Of a DNA stretch of 64,000 nt, positions 1 through 9,769 are shown in pieces. The notes beneath the pieces are model-generated. The model searched no databases, had not been told where the DNA came from, and worked only from the letters and a program-made list of their open reading frames with translations. Source of the stretch: an uncultured Pseudomonadales bacterium (lineage in GTDB: Bacteria; Patescibacteriota; Microgenomatia; UBA1400; PJMF01); NCBI GenBank assembly GCA_964637295.1, contig CAZWWE010000002.1, positions 117,952 through 181,951 on the forward strand, given 5' to 3'. Position 1 is the stretch's first letter. Each line of letters starts with the position of its first letter. The translations under genes were made by a program, and so were the position numbers.

Positions 1-1378
1 ATTCTTAGAAAGCGCTCGGCCTCTAGCTCAACAGCTCAACATTAAAGATGATTTTCAGCCACCGCTGATGCATTTGATCACTTTTTTAAGTATTCGCCTA
101 GGTAATTTATTTGGCCTGGGTCAAAGCGAATGGTTTTTGCGCATCATTCCTAGTCTTATTCCCGGAATTCTAAGTATTTGGGCACTTTATCAGCTCGCTC
201 TGAAGCTAACTAATCGCAAAATTGCACTGCTTAGCAGTCTTTTCCTTGCCACTTCCTCTTTTCATATTTTTTATTCTCAAGAACTACGTCCTTACAGTTT
301 GCCCACACTCTGGGGCATTTTAGCCACTTGGCAGATGCTGCTAATGCTCAAGAGCAAAGCAAAAAAACCACTCATTCTATTTATTATTTTTTCTATCCTC
401 GGACTTTATTCCTCTTATCTCTATCCATTTTTACTGATCGGCCAATTTATTTATTTATTCAAAGAAAAATTATCTTTTTCCAAAATTCTTGTTTCGGGTG
501 GCATTATCCTTGCTGGTTTTTTACCTTGGCTGCCCAAGTTCTTGGAACAATTACAAGCAGGTCAAGCCCTACGTATAAATATGCCTGGCTGGTCAGAGAC
601 TGTGAGCTTGCCAGTCTTTAAAACTGCTTTGATTTTGCCGCTTAAATTTGTTTTTGGCGTCGCTGATTTGGAAATAAACTTGGCTTATGCATTTTTAGCT
701 CTAGTTGTTTTTGCACCCCTAGCTTATTTGCTCTTTTTAAGCTTGCGCCAAAAACAAAAAAACTTAAGTTTCTTCTTTTGCATTTTGTTTTTACCCTTAG
801 TTACAAGTTGGCTGGTTTCTTTTTTTATCCCAGTATTGCAAGCCAAAAGAGTTTTATTCCTTTTGCCCATTTTTGCCTTGCTTGAAGCGTTTTTGATTGA
901 CACTTATCATAAGCAAAAAACATATTTAGTTAAAATCTTAGTTTCTTCTATCCTCATCATCAATCTGTTTAGCACTTTGGCTTATTGGACTAAGCCACAA
1001 TTACAGCGAGAGAACTGGCGCGCTTTAAGTCAAGAAGTTTCTGCTAAATTTCCCAAGAGTGAAACCGCTCTTGTTTTTTCTTTTGCTCATCCCTTCGCTC
1101 CATGGGAATTTTATGACCAAGTAGGGTTTAAAACTTTTAGTTCCGGTGTTTACTATTCTAACAATCTAGAAAATCCCGCAGAAACTTTCAAAGGCTTGAG
1201 TGATTATTCTTATGTACTTGTTTTTGACTATCTACGAGACCTAACCGACCCAGATGGCATCGTGCTTAAGGCCGTACGCGATCTAGGTTTCAAAGAGATC
1301 GGCGTGCTAGACTATCCTAACATTGGTTTTGTGCGCATTTACACCTTGGACAACATTATTATTGCAAAGGCAAAATAA
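1..1378 (+). CDS. GT-C fold membrane glycosyltransferase, ArnT/PMT-like (GT39/GT83, PMT_2-type); 5' partial, frame open to the window start
   Basis: The reading frame is open from base 2. The upstream residues ..IKDDFQPPLMHLITFLSIRLGNLFG.. match the conserved first-loop DE/PPL motif of ArnT/PMT-family enzymes. TM1 appears to lie outside the window. The protein is multi-TM and hydrophobic. The ORF-track Met at 68 is probably internal. Confidence 0.7.
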   Translation, partial: FLESARPLAQQLNIKDDFQPPLMHLITFLSIRLGNLFGLGQSEWFLRIIPSLIPGILSIWALYQLALKLTNRKIALLSSLFLATSSFHIFYSQELRPYSLPTLWGILATWQMLLMLKSKAKKPLILFIIFSILGLYSSYLYPFLLIGQFIYLFKEKLSFSKILVSGGIILAGFLPWLPKFLEQLQAGQALRINMPGWSETVSLPVFKTALILPLKFVFGVADLEINLAYAFLALVVFAPLAYLLFLSLRQKQKNLSFFFCILFLPLVTSWLVSFFIPVLQAKRVLFLLPIFALLEAFLIDTYHKQKTYLVKILVSSILIINLFSTLAYWTKPQLQRENWRALSQEVSAKFPKSETALVFSFAHPFAPWEFYDQVGFKTFSSGVYYSNNLENPAETFKGLSDYSYVLVFDYLRDLTDPDGIVLKAVRDLGFKEIGVLDYPNIGFVRIYTLDNIIIAKAK

Positions 1379-1381
1379 AAA

Positions 1382-2527
1382 ATGAAGATTGGCATCGATA
1401 TTTCTAGTTTAACTTACCAGCGTGGTGTTTCTCGCTATACTGGTGACCTGGTGAAAGCCCTTGCTCAAGAAAAAAATACGCAACTTTTTCTCTATGGTAG
1501 TTCACTGCGCCAACAAAAAATTCTTAAAAACGAATTACGCAAAGTTTTACGCAATGTCACTCCTGATCGCTACGATTTGAAATTGCAAAGTTTGCCACCT
1601 TCGCTTTTAGCGAAATTATGGCGTTTTGGACTTAATCCTATCGGCTCACATTTCCCCAAATTAGATGTTTTTCATAGTTGGGATTGGCTCCAACCACCAG
1701 ATAGAAACATCCCGCTCGTTTCCACTGTTCATGATTTGGCGATTATTCGCTATCCGCAAGTCGCTCACCCCAAAGTTCTCAAGATGCACCAACGTTCTTG
1801 GCAAACTTTACGTGACAGAGAAGCTCAAATTATTGCTGTTTCTCATTCCACTAAAAACGACATTATGCGTTATTTAGAAATTCCCGAAAAAAATATTTCT
1901 GTTGTTTATGAGGCATTGCCCACACAAGTAGCAGAAATTAGTCGAGAATTAGCTGATCAACCTGAACTAGTCGCTTCCATTAAGCGCAAGTTACAGTTAG
2001 ACAAGCCGTATTTATTCTTCGTCGGCACCAGAGAGCCTCGCAAAAACTTAGCTCGCCTCATTCAAGCTTGGTTACCTCTAGCTAATGACTATCAATTGAT
2101 CGTTGCTGGTGAACAAGCTTGGGACGGCAGTGAGAAAATTAGCCAAAACTCCAATTTACGTTTCATGGGTCGAGTTAGTGATCAAGAATTGGCAGTTTTA
2201 TATCATCATAGTGAACTCTTTGTTTATCCGAGTCTTTATGAAGGTTTTGGGTTGCCTGTTTTGGAAGCTTTCTCCCACGGTGTGCCTGTGGTTGCTTCAA
2301 ATATTCCTGCGATTAGAGAAGTAGCTGGCAACGCTGCGGAACTTTGCAATCCTTTGGATGAAAAGTCTATCCGTCAAGCTATCGAAAAAGTCCTTCATGA
2401 AAAAAAACTAGACAGCGAACAACGTATGAAAAAAATGATTATTCGCTTACAACTTTTTAACTGGCAAAAAACTGCCTTGCAAACTTTGGCAGTTTATCAA
2501 AAAGCGATTGATAATTTTGGAAACTAA
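1382..2527 (+). CDS. glycosyltransferase family 1 (GT4-type)
   Basis: C-terminal EX7E-type motif YEGFGLPVLEAFSHGVPVVASNIPAIREVAG, typical of GT4 retaining glycosyltransferases. Confidence 0.8.
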   Translation: MKIGIDISSLTYQRGVSRYTGDLVKALAQEKNTQLFLYGSSLRQQKILKNELRKVLRNVTPDRYDLKLQSLPPSLLAKLWRFGLNPIGSHFPKLDVFHSWDWLQPPDRNIPLVSTVHDLAIIRYPQVAHPKVLKMHQRSWQTLRDREAQIIAVSHSTKNDIMRYLEIPEKNISVVYEALPTQVAEISRELADQPELVASIKRKLQLDKPYLFFVGTREPRKNLARLIQAWLPLANDYQLIVAGEQAWDGSEKISQNSNLRFMGRVSDQELAVLYHHSELFVYPSLYEGFGLPVLEAFSHGVPVVASNIPAIREVAGNAAELCNPLDEKSIRQAIEKVLHEKKLDSEQRMKKMIIRLQLFNWQKTALQTLAVYQKAIDNFGN

Positions 2528-3692
2528 TATGCTCAAAATCGCCATTGATGGCAACGAGGCCAATGTACCAAATCGAGTCGGGAGCAATACTTATGCCTTT
2601 GCTATCATTTCTGAGCTTTACAAACTAACTGCTAATCGTAAAAATATTGATATCACCATCCTTTTATCTAGTAAAAAATTAGCAGATTTGCCAGCAAGTA
2701 GAAATAATTGGCGCTACATGGTGCTTGGTCCAAGAAAATTTTGGACCCAATGGGCTCTGCCAATTCATCTATTTTTACACCAGAAAGATTATCAAGTATT
2801 TTTTACTCCCTCTCATTATGCTCCACGCATCGCCAGTGTGCCTTATGTCAGTAGCGTCATGGATCTGGCTTATTTACACTATCCAGAACAATTCCGTCGC
2901 ACTGATCTTTTGCAACTCAAAAATTGGACTAAATATAGCGTTAAAAATGCTCGTAAAATCATCACCATCAGTAAATTTTCCAAAAAAGAAATTGAACAAC
3001 ATTATCAGCGTCAAAGCAAAGACATTGTTGTCGCTTATCCTTCTTTTCAATTACCAAAGAGCGCTCCTATTGAAGAAATTAAAGCTTTTTTCAAAGCCAA
3101 ACAAATTAAAAACAAATATTTTCTTTATCTAGGCACCCTGCAACCTCGCAAAAATATCCTTAGTGTTGTTAGCGCCTATGAAGAATTTTTGCGTAAATTA
3201 GCGGCTCACAATCTCAAAACCAAAAATAAGCAGGCTAGGAAAATTATTGAGCCAGATTTAGTAATCGCTGGCAAAATTGGCTGGTTAGCTGATGAAATTT
3301 TAGCCCGCATAATTAATTCACCTTATAAAAATAAAATCATTCTAACCGGCTTTGTGGAAGATAAGTTCAAGCGTGCTCTTTATCAAAACGCTACCGCTAG
3401 CTTGTTGCTCTCTCTCTATGAGGGCTTCGGCATTCCCGCTTTGGAATCCATGCAAGCTGGCACTATTCCAATTGTGGCCAATAATTCTAGCTTGCCAGAA
3501 GTGGTCGGACAAGCTGGCTTTTTAGTAGCAGCCAAAGATACTCATCAAGTTAGCGATGCTATGCTGACGAGTTATCAAATGCCTTACAAAGAATTACTTA
3601 AATATAAAACTGCCATGCGTCGCCAAGCTAAAAAATTTGACTGGCAAGAATCTGCCAAAATCATTTTAAAAATACTTGAACATGAAAAATAA
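2508..3692 (+). CDS. glycosyltransferase family 1 (GT4-type)
   Basis: Motif YEGFGIPALESMQAGTIPIVANNSSLPEVVG. Overlaps the upstream gene by 20 nt, suggesting translational coupling. Confidence 0.75.
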   Translation: MIILETNMLKIAIDGNEANVPNRVGSNTYAFAIISELYKLTANRKNIDITILLSSKKLADLPASRNNWRYMVLGPRKFWTQWALPIHLFLHQKDYQVFFTPSHYAPRIASVPYVSSVMDLAYLHYPEQFRRTDLLQLKNWTKYSVKNARKIITISKFSKKEIEQHYQRQSKDIVVAYPSFQLPKSAPIEEIKAFFKAKQIKNKYFLYLGTLQPRKNILSVVSAYEEFLRKLAAHNLKTKNKQARKIIEPDLVIAGKIGWLADEILARIINSPYKNKIILTGFVEDKFKRALYQNATASLLLSLYEGFGIPALESMQAGTIPIVANNSSLPEVVGQAGFLVAAKDTHQVSDAMLTSYQMPYKELLKYKTAMRRQAKKFDWQESAKIILKILEHEK

Positions 3693-4179
3693 TCCTATTA
3701 TCGTTGGTATTGATCCGGGCTATGATCGGGTGGGTGTAGCTATTGGCCAAAAAAATGACTCGAAATGGTCGGTTTTAACTTACACTTGTATTCAGACCGA
3801 TAAAAAAGCCAAGCTCTTCGCACGCTACGCTCAAATCGCGCAAGAGTTAGAATCTCTCTTAATTAAATATCAGGTCACTGAGGCCGGCATCGAATCACTA
3901 TTTTGGTTTAAAAATCAAAGCACGGCTCTCGATGTTAGCGAAGCCAGAGGGGTGATTATTGCCACGCTCTTGCGTCAAAAGATCAAAATAGCTGAATATA
4001 CGCCATTGCAGATCAAACAAAGTCTAACTGGCTATGGACGAGCTGATAAAAAAGCGGTAGAAAAGATGGTGAGAAGGGAACTTTCACTAACTGATCAAAT
4101 TATGGATGACACCATCGACGCCTTGGCTGCCATGATTTGCCACGAATGTGCGCGCAAAATGCAGAAAGAAAATTTATGA
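3676..4179 (+). CDS. ruvC: crossover junction endodeoxyribonuclease RuvC
   Basis: N-terminus IVGIDPGYDRVGVAIGQ (RuvC catalytic Asp region). Length 167 aa. Immediately followed by ruvA-ruvB. Confidence 0.85.
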   Translation: MNMKNNPIIVGIDPGYDRVGVAIGQKNDSKWSVLTYTCIQTDKKAKLFARYAQIAQELESLLIKYQVTEAGIESLFWFKNQSTALDVSEARGVIIATLLRQKIKIAEYTPLQIKQSLTGYGRADKKAVEKMVRRELSLTDQIMDDTIDALAAMICHECARKMQKENL

Positions 4180-4757
4180 TTGCTTACTTAGAGGGACAAG
4201 CTTTAATTAAAAAAGATCACTTAATTGTTTTAACTGGCGGAGTAGGCTATTTGGTTTTTGTAGGTTCTAAAATTCTTCATAGTCTAGTCGCTGATGGCGA
4301 GCTAATCACTCTTCATATTTACAGCCACATCAAGGAAGACCGCTTCGAACTTTATGGTTTTCAAAATGAGGAAGATTTAGAAATTTTCAAAATGTTAATT
4401 GCTATCTCTGGTGTTGGTCCTAAAACCGCCCTTGCTTTGGCTAATGCTGGCACCAATCAACTTATCGAAGCTGTGCAGCAAGCTCAAACTAGTTTCTTTA
4501 CTAATGTGCCAAGAGTTGGTAAGAAATTGGCCCAAAAAATTATCATTGAACTAAAGAGTAAATTAGGCAGTCTCAAAGAACTTAATTTAGGCACGCTCTC
4601 ACCTAAAGCTCAGGATGTGATGGACGCTTTATTAGGGCTTGGTTTTGAAGAAAATGCTGTGCAAACTATTCTGTCTCAGCTTGATTTAGAAAATATGGAT
4701 TTACAGGTGGCGATTAAAACCGTCATTAAAATGAGTAATAATCAATCAATGTCTTAA
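4137..4757 (+). CDS. ruvA: Holliday junction DNA helicase RuvA
   Basis: MIAYLEG...VLTGGVGYLVFV matches the RuvA domain I OB fold. The GVGPKTALALAN helix-hairpin-helix is present. Length 206 aa. Confidence 0.85.
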   Translation: MPRMCAQNAERKFMIAYLEGQALIKKDHLIVLTGGVGYLVFVGSKILHSLVADGELITLHIYSHIKEDRFELYGFQNEEDLEIFKMLIAISGVGPKTALALANAGTNQLIEAVQQAQTSFFTNVPRVGKKLAQKIIIELKSKLGSLKELNLGTLSPKAQDVMDALLGLGFEENAVQTILSQLDLENMDLQVAIKTVIKMSNNQSMS

Positions 4758-5768
4758 ATGCCAAAAACCAAAACCACCACTACCATCTCCACCAATGATG
4801 AAGAAATGCTCTTTACTTCTTTACGGGCGGAAGACTGGCAAGAATTTACTGGTCAAGAAAATATTAAAAAGTCTCTACAGATTGCCATTAAAGCCGCTAA
4901 GCAACGTCACGAAGCGGTTGATCATGTTTTGTTTTATGGTCCTCCCGGACTGGGTAAAACTACTTTGTCTCAACTAATTGCCAAAGAAATGGGGAGCAAC
5001 TTCAAAGTTACTTCTGGCACTGCTTTATCTAAAACTGGCGATTTGGCTGCTATTTTGACTAATTTAGAAGACGGCGACGTTTTATTCATTGATGAAATTC
5101 ACCGTTTGCCCAAAGCCATCGAAGAAACTTTGTATCCAGCCATGGAAGATTTTGCTTTAGATATTGTTATCGGTAAAGGCCCTTCAGCTCGCACCGTGCG
5201 CTTAGATTTGGCCAAGTTTACTTTAGTGGGCGCTACCACTCGTTTTGGTTTATTAACCGGTCCTTTCAGAGACAGATTTGGCCTAATTCATCGCTTAGAA
5301 TTTTATTCGCCAACTGAATTAGCAAATATTTTGCATGTGGCCAGTGTCAAACTCGAAACCAAATTAGAAGATAAAGCGGCCTTAGCAATTGCCGAGCGTT
5401 CTCGGGGCACACCCAGAATTGCTTTGAAACTTTTCAAAAGAGTCCGTGATTTCGCCCAGGTTCTTGAGAAAAATACCGTTGATTTATCTTTGGTCAAGCA
5501 AGCTTTGAGTATTTTTGAAATTGATGAGCTTGGTTTAGATGAAAATGATCGTCGCTTAATTATGGCGATGATTGAAAAACATCGCGGTGGGCCGGTGGGA
5601 TTAAAAACTCTTGCCGCTTCAATCAATGAAGATCCTGGCACGGTGGAAGAAGTTTTGGAACCATACTTATTACAAATTGGTTTTATGAAGCGCAAGCCAT
5701 CTGGTCGAATACTCAGCCAAAAAGCTTATGCTCATTTTGGCATAAAGCCACCCTCTGATGTATACTAA
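4758..5768 (+). CDS. ruvB: Holliday junction DNA helicase RuvB
   Basis: Walker A LFYGPPGLGKTTL. The FTGQENIKKSL motif, an AAA+ fold, and a 336-aa length are classic for RuvB. Confidence 0.95.
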   Translation: MPKTKTTTTISTNDEEMLFTSLRAEDWQEFTGQENIKKSLQIAIKAAKQRHEAVDHVLFYGPPGLGKTTLSQLIAKEMGSNFKVTSGTALSKTGDLAAILTNLEDGDVLFIDEIHRLPKAIEETLYPAMEDFALDIVIGKGPSARTVRLDLAKFTLVGATTRFGLLTGPFRDRFGLIHRLEFYSPTELANILHVASVKLETKLEDKAALAIAERSRGTPRIALKLFKRVRDFAQVLEKNTVDLSLVKQALSIFEIDELGLDENDRRLIMAMIEKHRGGPVGLKTLAASINEDPGTVEEVLEPYLLQIGFMKRKPSGRILSQKAYAHFGIKPPSDVY

Positions 5769-6396
5769 GCTCATGGCAATTACAGATAAAGACGGCAACC
5801 TCCTTTCAACTTCACAAGTTATTGAAAAAGTTTTCATTCGCCTTAAAACTATTCATCTGGAACTAGTGACTGGTTTACTCTGGTGGTTTGTTGGTTCTGT
5901 TCCCTGCCATTGCTTCCGTCGTTTTTGTTATCGCCTCTCTGGTATGAAAATTGGACGTAAATCCACCATTCACATGGGTGCTCGTATTTATTTCCCTAGT
6001 GGTATTAAAATTGGCGAAGGTACTCTAGTTGGCGAAAAAGCTACTCTGGATGGGCGCAAACAACTCAAAAACTCACATGGCGGCTTAGAAATTGGTAATC
6101 ACGTCGACATTGCTTCTGAAGTGATGATATGGACTAGCCAGCATGATGTTCACAGTGAAAATATGGCCACCGTTGAAGAAAAAGTCACTATTGATGACTA
6201 TGTTTTCATCGGTCCTCGCGCCATTATTATGCCTGGAGTCACTATTGGCAAAGGCGCGATTATCGCGGGTGGAGCAGTGGTGACTAAAGACGTTCCTGCG
6301 ATGAAAATTGTGGCCGGTGTTCCAGCCAAGGAAATTGGCGAGCGTCAAAGTAAAAATCTGAATTACAAACTAGGTCGCCCTAGACTTTTCCAATAA
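5758..6396 (+). CDS. hexapeptide-repeat (LbH) sugar O-acetyltransferase, WcaF/maltose acetyltransferase-like
   Basis: Repeated hexapeptide motifs IGEGTLVGEKATL / IGNHVDIASEV / IGPRAIIMPGVTIGKGAIIAGGAVVTKDVP. Confidence 0.75.
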   Translation: MYTKLMAITDKDGNLLSTSQVIEKVFIRLKTIHLELVTGLLWWFVGSVPCHCFRRFCYRLSGMKIGRKSTIHMGARIYFPSGIKIGEGTLVGEKATLDGRKQLKNSHGGLEIGNHVDIASEVMIWTSQHDVHSENMATVEEKVTIDDYVFIGPRAIIMPGVTIGKGAIIAGGAVVTKDVPAMKIVAGVPAKEIGERQSKNLNYKLGRPRLFQ

Positions 6397-6398
6397 TC

Positions 6399-7352
6399 AT
6401 GCGCAAAAACAAACTTCTGGGTTTAGTGGGTTTAATTAGCGCTGCTTTGATTGGTGGAGCAATTTTGCCCGCTCTTATTCGTTGGAGCACCACCTTGATC
6501 CATCCCTTTGTTTTAAATTGGATCAGAGTCAGTTTCGCTTTGCCCATACTTTATTTTTTATTTAAGCGAAAAATCGTCTGGCGCAAATTGCGTCAATCGA
6601 AAACTTTAATGCTCGCTTCGCTTTTAGCTCTTGGCTTGACCATTAACGTGACTTTATTTGCTTTTGGCATTCATCAGACTACTTTAATTGCTTCGCAGTT
6701 AATTTACGTGATCGTACCGATTTTTGCCAGTGGCTTGGCGCGAATTTTTTTGCAAGAAAAAAATAATCAAAAGAAATTTTTTGGCATGGGCCTAGCTCTC
6801 TTGGGAGTTTTAATTTTAATTATTTTTTCTAAGTCTCCTGCAGAAAGAATGTCACTTGGAAGTTTTGCGGGCAATCTTTTAATTTTTCTTGCTATGCTGG
6901 GCTACACTATTTATTTGACTTTTTCTAAAAAAATTAACCAAAAACTATCTTTACTAGAAATTATTTTCATCACCAATCTGCTCATGTCCATTATATTTTT
7001 TCCTTTAGCAATTTGGGCTTTGGAGCACGCTACTTGGCAACAATTAAATTCGACATCACTCATTGCCAGCTCGCTAGTTGCCCTAGCAGCTCTTTTTTTT
7101 ACCGCTTTTTTACAATTGGCTATTAAAAATCTTTCTGTCGGTTCTGCTTCTTTAAGCAGTTTATTGGCGCCAGAATTTGCCGCCTTGACCGGACTGATTT
7201 TTTATCAAGAGAAATTTTCCCTTATCTTAATTATCAGCCTGGCTCTTTCTTTGTTTGGGATAGTCTTGAGCATTCAAGCAGAAAAGCTTACACTACTTGA
7301 TAGAATCAAATTAAAAATACTAAAAATATATAATTTAAAGGAAAAACTATGA
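6399..7352 (+). CDS. DMT-superfamily (EamA-like) integral membrane transporter
   Basis: About 10 predicted TM helices arranged as two similar halves. Sits within the glycan cluster, so a nucleotide-sugar or glycan-precursor transporter is plausible. Confidence 0.5.
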   Translation: MRKNKLLGLVGLISAALIGGAILPALIRWSTTLIHPFVLNWIRVSFALPILYFLFKRKIVWRKLRQSKTLMLASLLALGLTINVTLFAFGIHQTTLIASQLIYVIVPIFASGLARIFLQEKNNQKKFFGMGLALLGVLILIIFSKSPAERMSLGSFAGNLLIFLAMLGYTIYLTFSKKINQKLSLLEIIFITNLLMSIIFFPLAIWALEHATWQQLNSTSLIASSLVALAALFFTAFLQLAIKNLSVGSASLSSLLAPEFAALTGLIFYQEKFSLILIISLALSLFGIVLSIQAEKLTLLDRIKLKILKIYNLKEKL

Positions 7353-8341
7353 TCCTTTCTCTTATCACTGTTTCCTACAACACTAAAGAACTAACTTTGC
7401 AAACTTTAGAAACAGCTATTAAAGAAATTAATTCTTCTAGCATTCTTAAAAATCAAACCGAAATTTTTGTGGTTGATAATGACTCCAAAGATGGTTCGCC
7501 CAAAGCCTGTGAGAATTTGCTTAAAAAACTCAAATTTCCTCACTACAAAGTTTTTGCTAACAAAGAAAACTTAGGTTTTGCTCGTGCTAATAATCAAGCT
7601 ACTGAAATCGCCAAGGGAAAATATATTATTTTGCTCAATTCTGACACCATTACTCACAAAGGCGGACTAAGTTTGCTAGTTGAAGCCATGGAGAAAGGTG
7701 GCATCAAAGAAGAAACCGCCAATTTAGCAAGCAGCGGAAAATTAGATAAATTAGGTATTATTGCCCCAACTTTACTTAATCCAGACGGCACTATTCAAAA
7801 TCAAGGTGGTTCTTTGCCAAGCTTGAAAACCGTGGCAGCACAAATGCTGTTTTTAGATGATATTCCTTTTTTTGGACGTTTTTTTCCATCTACTCAGCAT
7901 ACTGGGATGAGTGATTTTGCTTTTGCGAGTTATAGCGAAGATACTCCCAAATTAATTTCCAAAGACTGGGTCGCTGGCACTGCCATGATGATTCGTCGCG
8001 AAGTGATTGATGACATTGGCATGCTGGATGGCAATATTTTTATGTACGGTGAAGATCAAGAATATTGTATGCGCGCTCGCCACCATCATTGGGACATTGC
8101 AATTCATCCCAAAGCCAAAATTACGCACTTTGGTTGCGCCAGTTCTTCGTCCAAAAACGCCATCCACGGTGAATTTAAAGGTTATCTCTATATCTGGAAA
8201 AAACACATGCCTACTTGGCAATTGCCCATTCTTAAAATCATTCTGTGGACTGGCGCATTTTTACGTCAAATGATTTATACAATTAGAGGCAAAGAGGTAC
8301 CGGCTGGTATTTACAGAGATGCAAGAAAACAACTATACTAA
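7349..8341 (+). CDS. glycosyltransferase family 2
   Basis: N-terminal LITVSYNT...VVDNDSKDGS...GFARANNQA...ILLNSDT (GT2 DXD region). Confidence 0.75.
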   Translation: MILSLITVSYNTKELTLQTLETAIKEINSSSILKNQTEIFVVDNDSKDGSPKACENLLKKLKFPHYKVFANKENLGFARANNQATEIAKGKYIILLNSDTITHKGGLSLLVEAMEKGGIKEETANLASSGKLDKLGIIAPTLLNPDGTIQNQGGSLPSLKTVAAQMLFLDDIPFFGRFFPSTQHTGMSDFAFASYSEDTPKLISKDWVAGTAMMIRREVIDDIGMLDGNIFMYGEDQEYCMRARHHHWDIAIHPKAKITHFGCASSSSKNAIHGEFKGYLYIWKKHMPTWQLPILKIILWTGAFLRQMIYTIRGKEVPAGIYRDARKQLY

Positions 8342-8350
8342 ATTAGTAAT

Positions 8351-9751
8351 ATGAAAATAACTAGAAGAACTAGGTATTTAAGGTTAATCTCAGTTATTCT
8401 GCTTTGTCTTACTTTAATTTTTTTAGTAGCATTTTTTAGTTATCGAAAAAATCTATTTTCTTTTGTCAAAAGCTTGATTGATAATAACTCCAAACAAATA
8501 CAAACTGAAAAAGTTGAAAATGAAAAACAGGTTAAAACAAAAATTTACACTGATGAAAGAGCTGATTACTGGGAAATAATAGATAGTAGCAAAAAACCAA
8601 ATTTCCCGACAGGCATGAAATTCTTCAAAAAAGATATTCCAGAACAGACGGTTATCAGATGGAAAAACTACTTACTTGGAATAAATTTTGAGAAATATGT
8701 GAGCAAGAGTGGCGCAACTTACTTCGATACTAAAAACTCAGAAAGATATAATTTGCAATCAAAAATAGATTCAATTAATGTCTATGACATCGATATTGGC
8801 CAGAGCTTTACAATCCCTTTAGATCAACCTATTTGGGGAGATTTTTGGTATGTCGTCAACCAAGTTGTTGATGATGCCTATTATTTTGGAGTAGGCGGAG
8901 CATTTGGACCAACGCTCAGCTATAAACTTGATTTACCGCCCAAGAAAACTTCTCGTGTCGTCAAATTTAATGCAATTGGCAATGAAATTAAAAAATTCGG
9001 CAATTCTTATCTTAGTAGTTTTTGCTATGAAGGCTGCATTTATTCACTTTTCAACCCAACAAGTTTAACTTCCGTATCCTTGGAAAGGATGACACAAGCA
9101 AGCAACACGAGAGATATGAAACGCAAAGAAGAACTAATCGGCATAGATGGCCGCGGACAAATGTTACTTAAGAATAAAAATACTGCTGGTGAAATCGAAT
9201 CTATAATAGCCTCACCGCTCAGCAATCAGAAAGTTACTAATGCAGTATTAAAAATAACTAGCTCTCCAGAACAAAGCAGCGGATATTTTACTATTGAAGG
9301 AGAAGACAAAGTTTCAATTTTTGGAAGAGGAGAGTATTTCATGGTTGATGGAATAAATAAAATTTTAGTTTTTGGAAGATTTGAAACATATATCTACGAC
9401 TTAATAAAAAAACAATTTAAAGAAATCAAAGTTGATGAGAAACTAAAGGAGAACTTATTTGCAATGCAAGAATTCCCAACATCCAACATTTACAAAGGCC
9501 CCAACAATACTATTTGCTTTACAGATCAAGACAAGCAATCTGCCATTAACTTGGTAACAGAAACCTATTCTGACCAATCAGCAGATTGTCAATTGACCAG
9601 AGATACTTCAAAATCAATAGAAGAAATGTTTAAAGATTTAAATTTACCTGACACTTTTTCATTAATTCAAACTCCTTTGACTTATAAAACTTATCGCATT
9701 GAGAAGATTCCAGAATCAAAAGTGCCTTATGGGGCGGAAGTTATTGAATAA
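8351..9751 (+). CDS. hypothetical protein, N-terminal TM anchor, no recognisable domain
   Basis: 466-aa ORF with a single N-terminal hydrophobic helix and a K/N/Y/I-rich body. Its DNA is more AT-rich than neighbouring genes. Confidence 0.5.
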   Translation: MKITRRTRYLRLISVILLCLTLIFLVAFFSYRKNLFSFVKSLIDNNSKQIQTEKVENEKQVKTKIYTDERADYWEIIDSSKKPNFPTGMKFFKKDIPEQTVIRWKNYLLGINFEKYVSKSGATYFDTKNSERYNLQSKIDSINVYDIDIGQSFTIPLDQPIWGDFWYVVNQVVDDAYYFGVGGAFGPTLSYKLDLPPKKTSRVVKFNAIGNEIKKFGNSYLSSFCYEGCIYSLFNPTSLTSVSLERMTQASNTRDMKRKEELIGIDGRGQMLLKNKNTAGEIESIIASPLSNQKVTNAVLKITSSPEQSSGYFTIEGEDKVSIFGRGEYFMVDGINKILVFGRFETYIYDLIKKQFKEIKVDEKLKENLFAMQEFPTSNIYKGPNNTICFTDQDKQSAINLVTETYSDQSADCQLTRDTSKSIEEMFKDLNLPDTFSLIQTPLTYKTYRIEKIPESKVPYGAEVIE

Positions 9752-9769
9752 AATTTTAAAATTAAGTAT

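Noticed and set aside
328-621. Short ORFs nested in or antisense to long genes (e.g. 328-621, 1665-1877, 2725-3132, 5303-5695, 36441-37617, 37857-38192, 41406-41678)
   Set aside because: All lie entirely inside strongly supported genes on the same or opposite strand. They have no RBS or motif support and low-complexity translations. They are treated as spurious.
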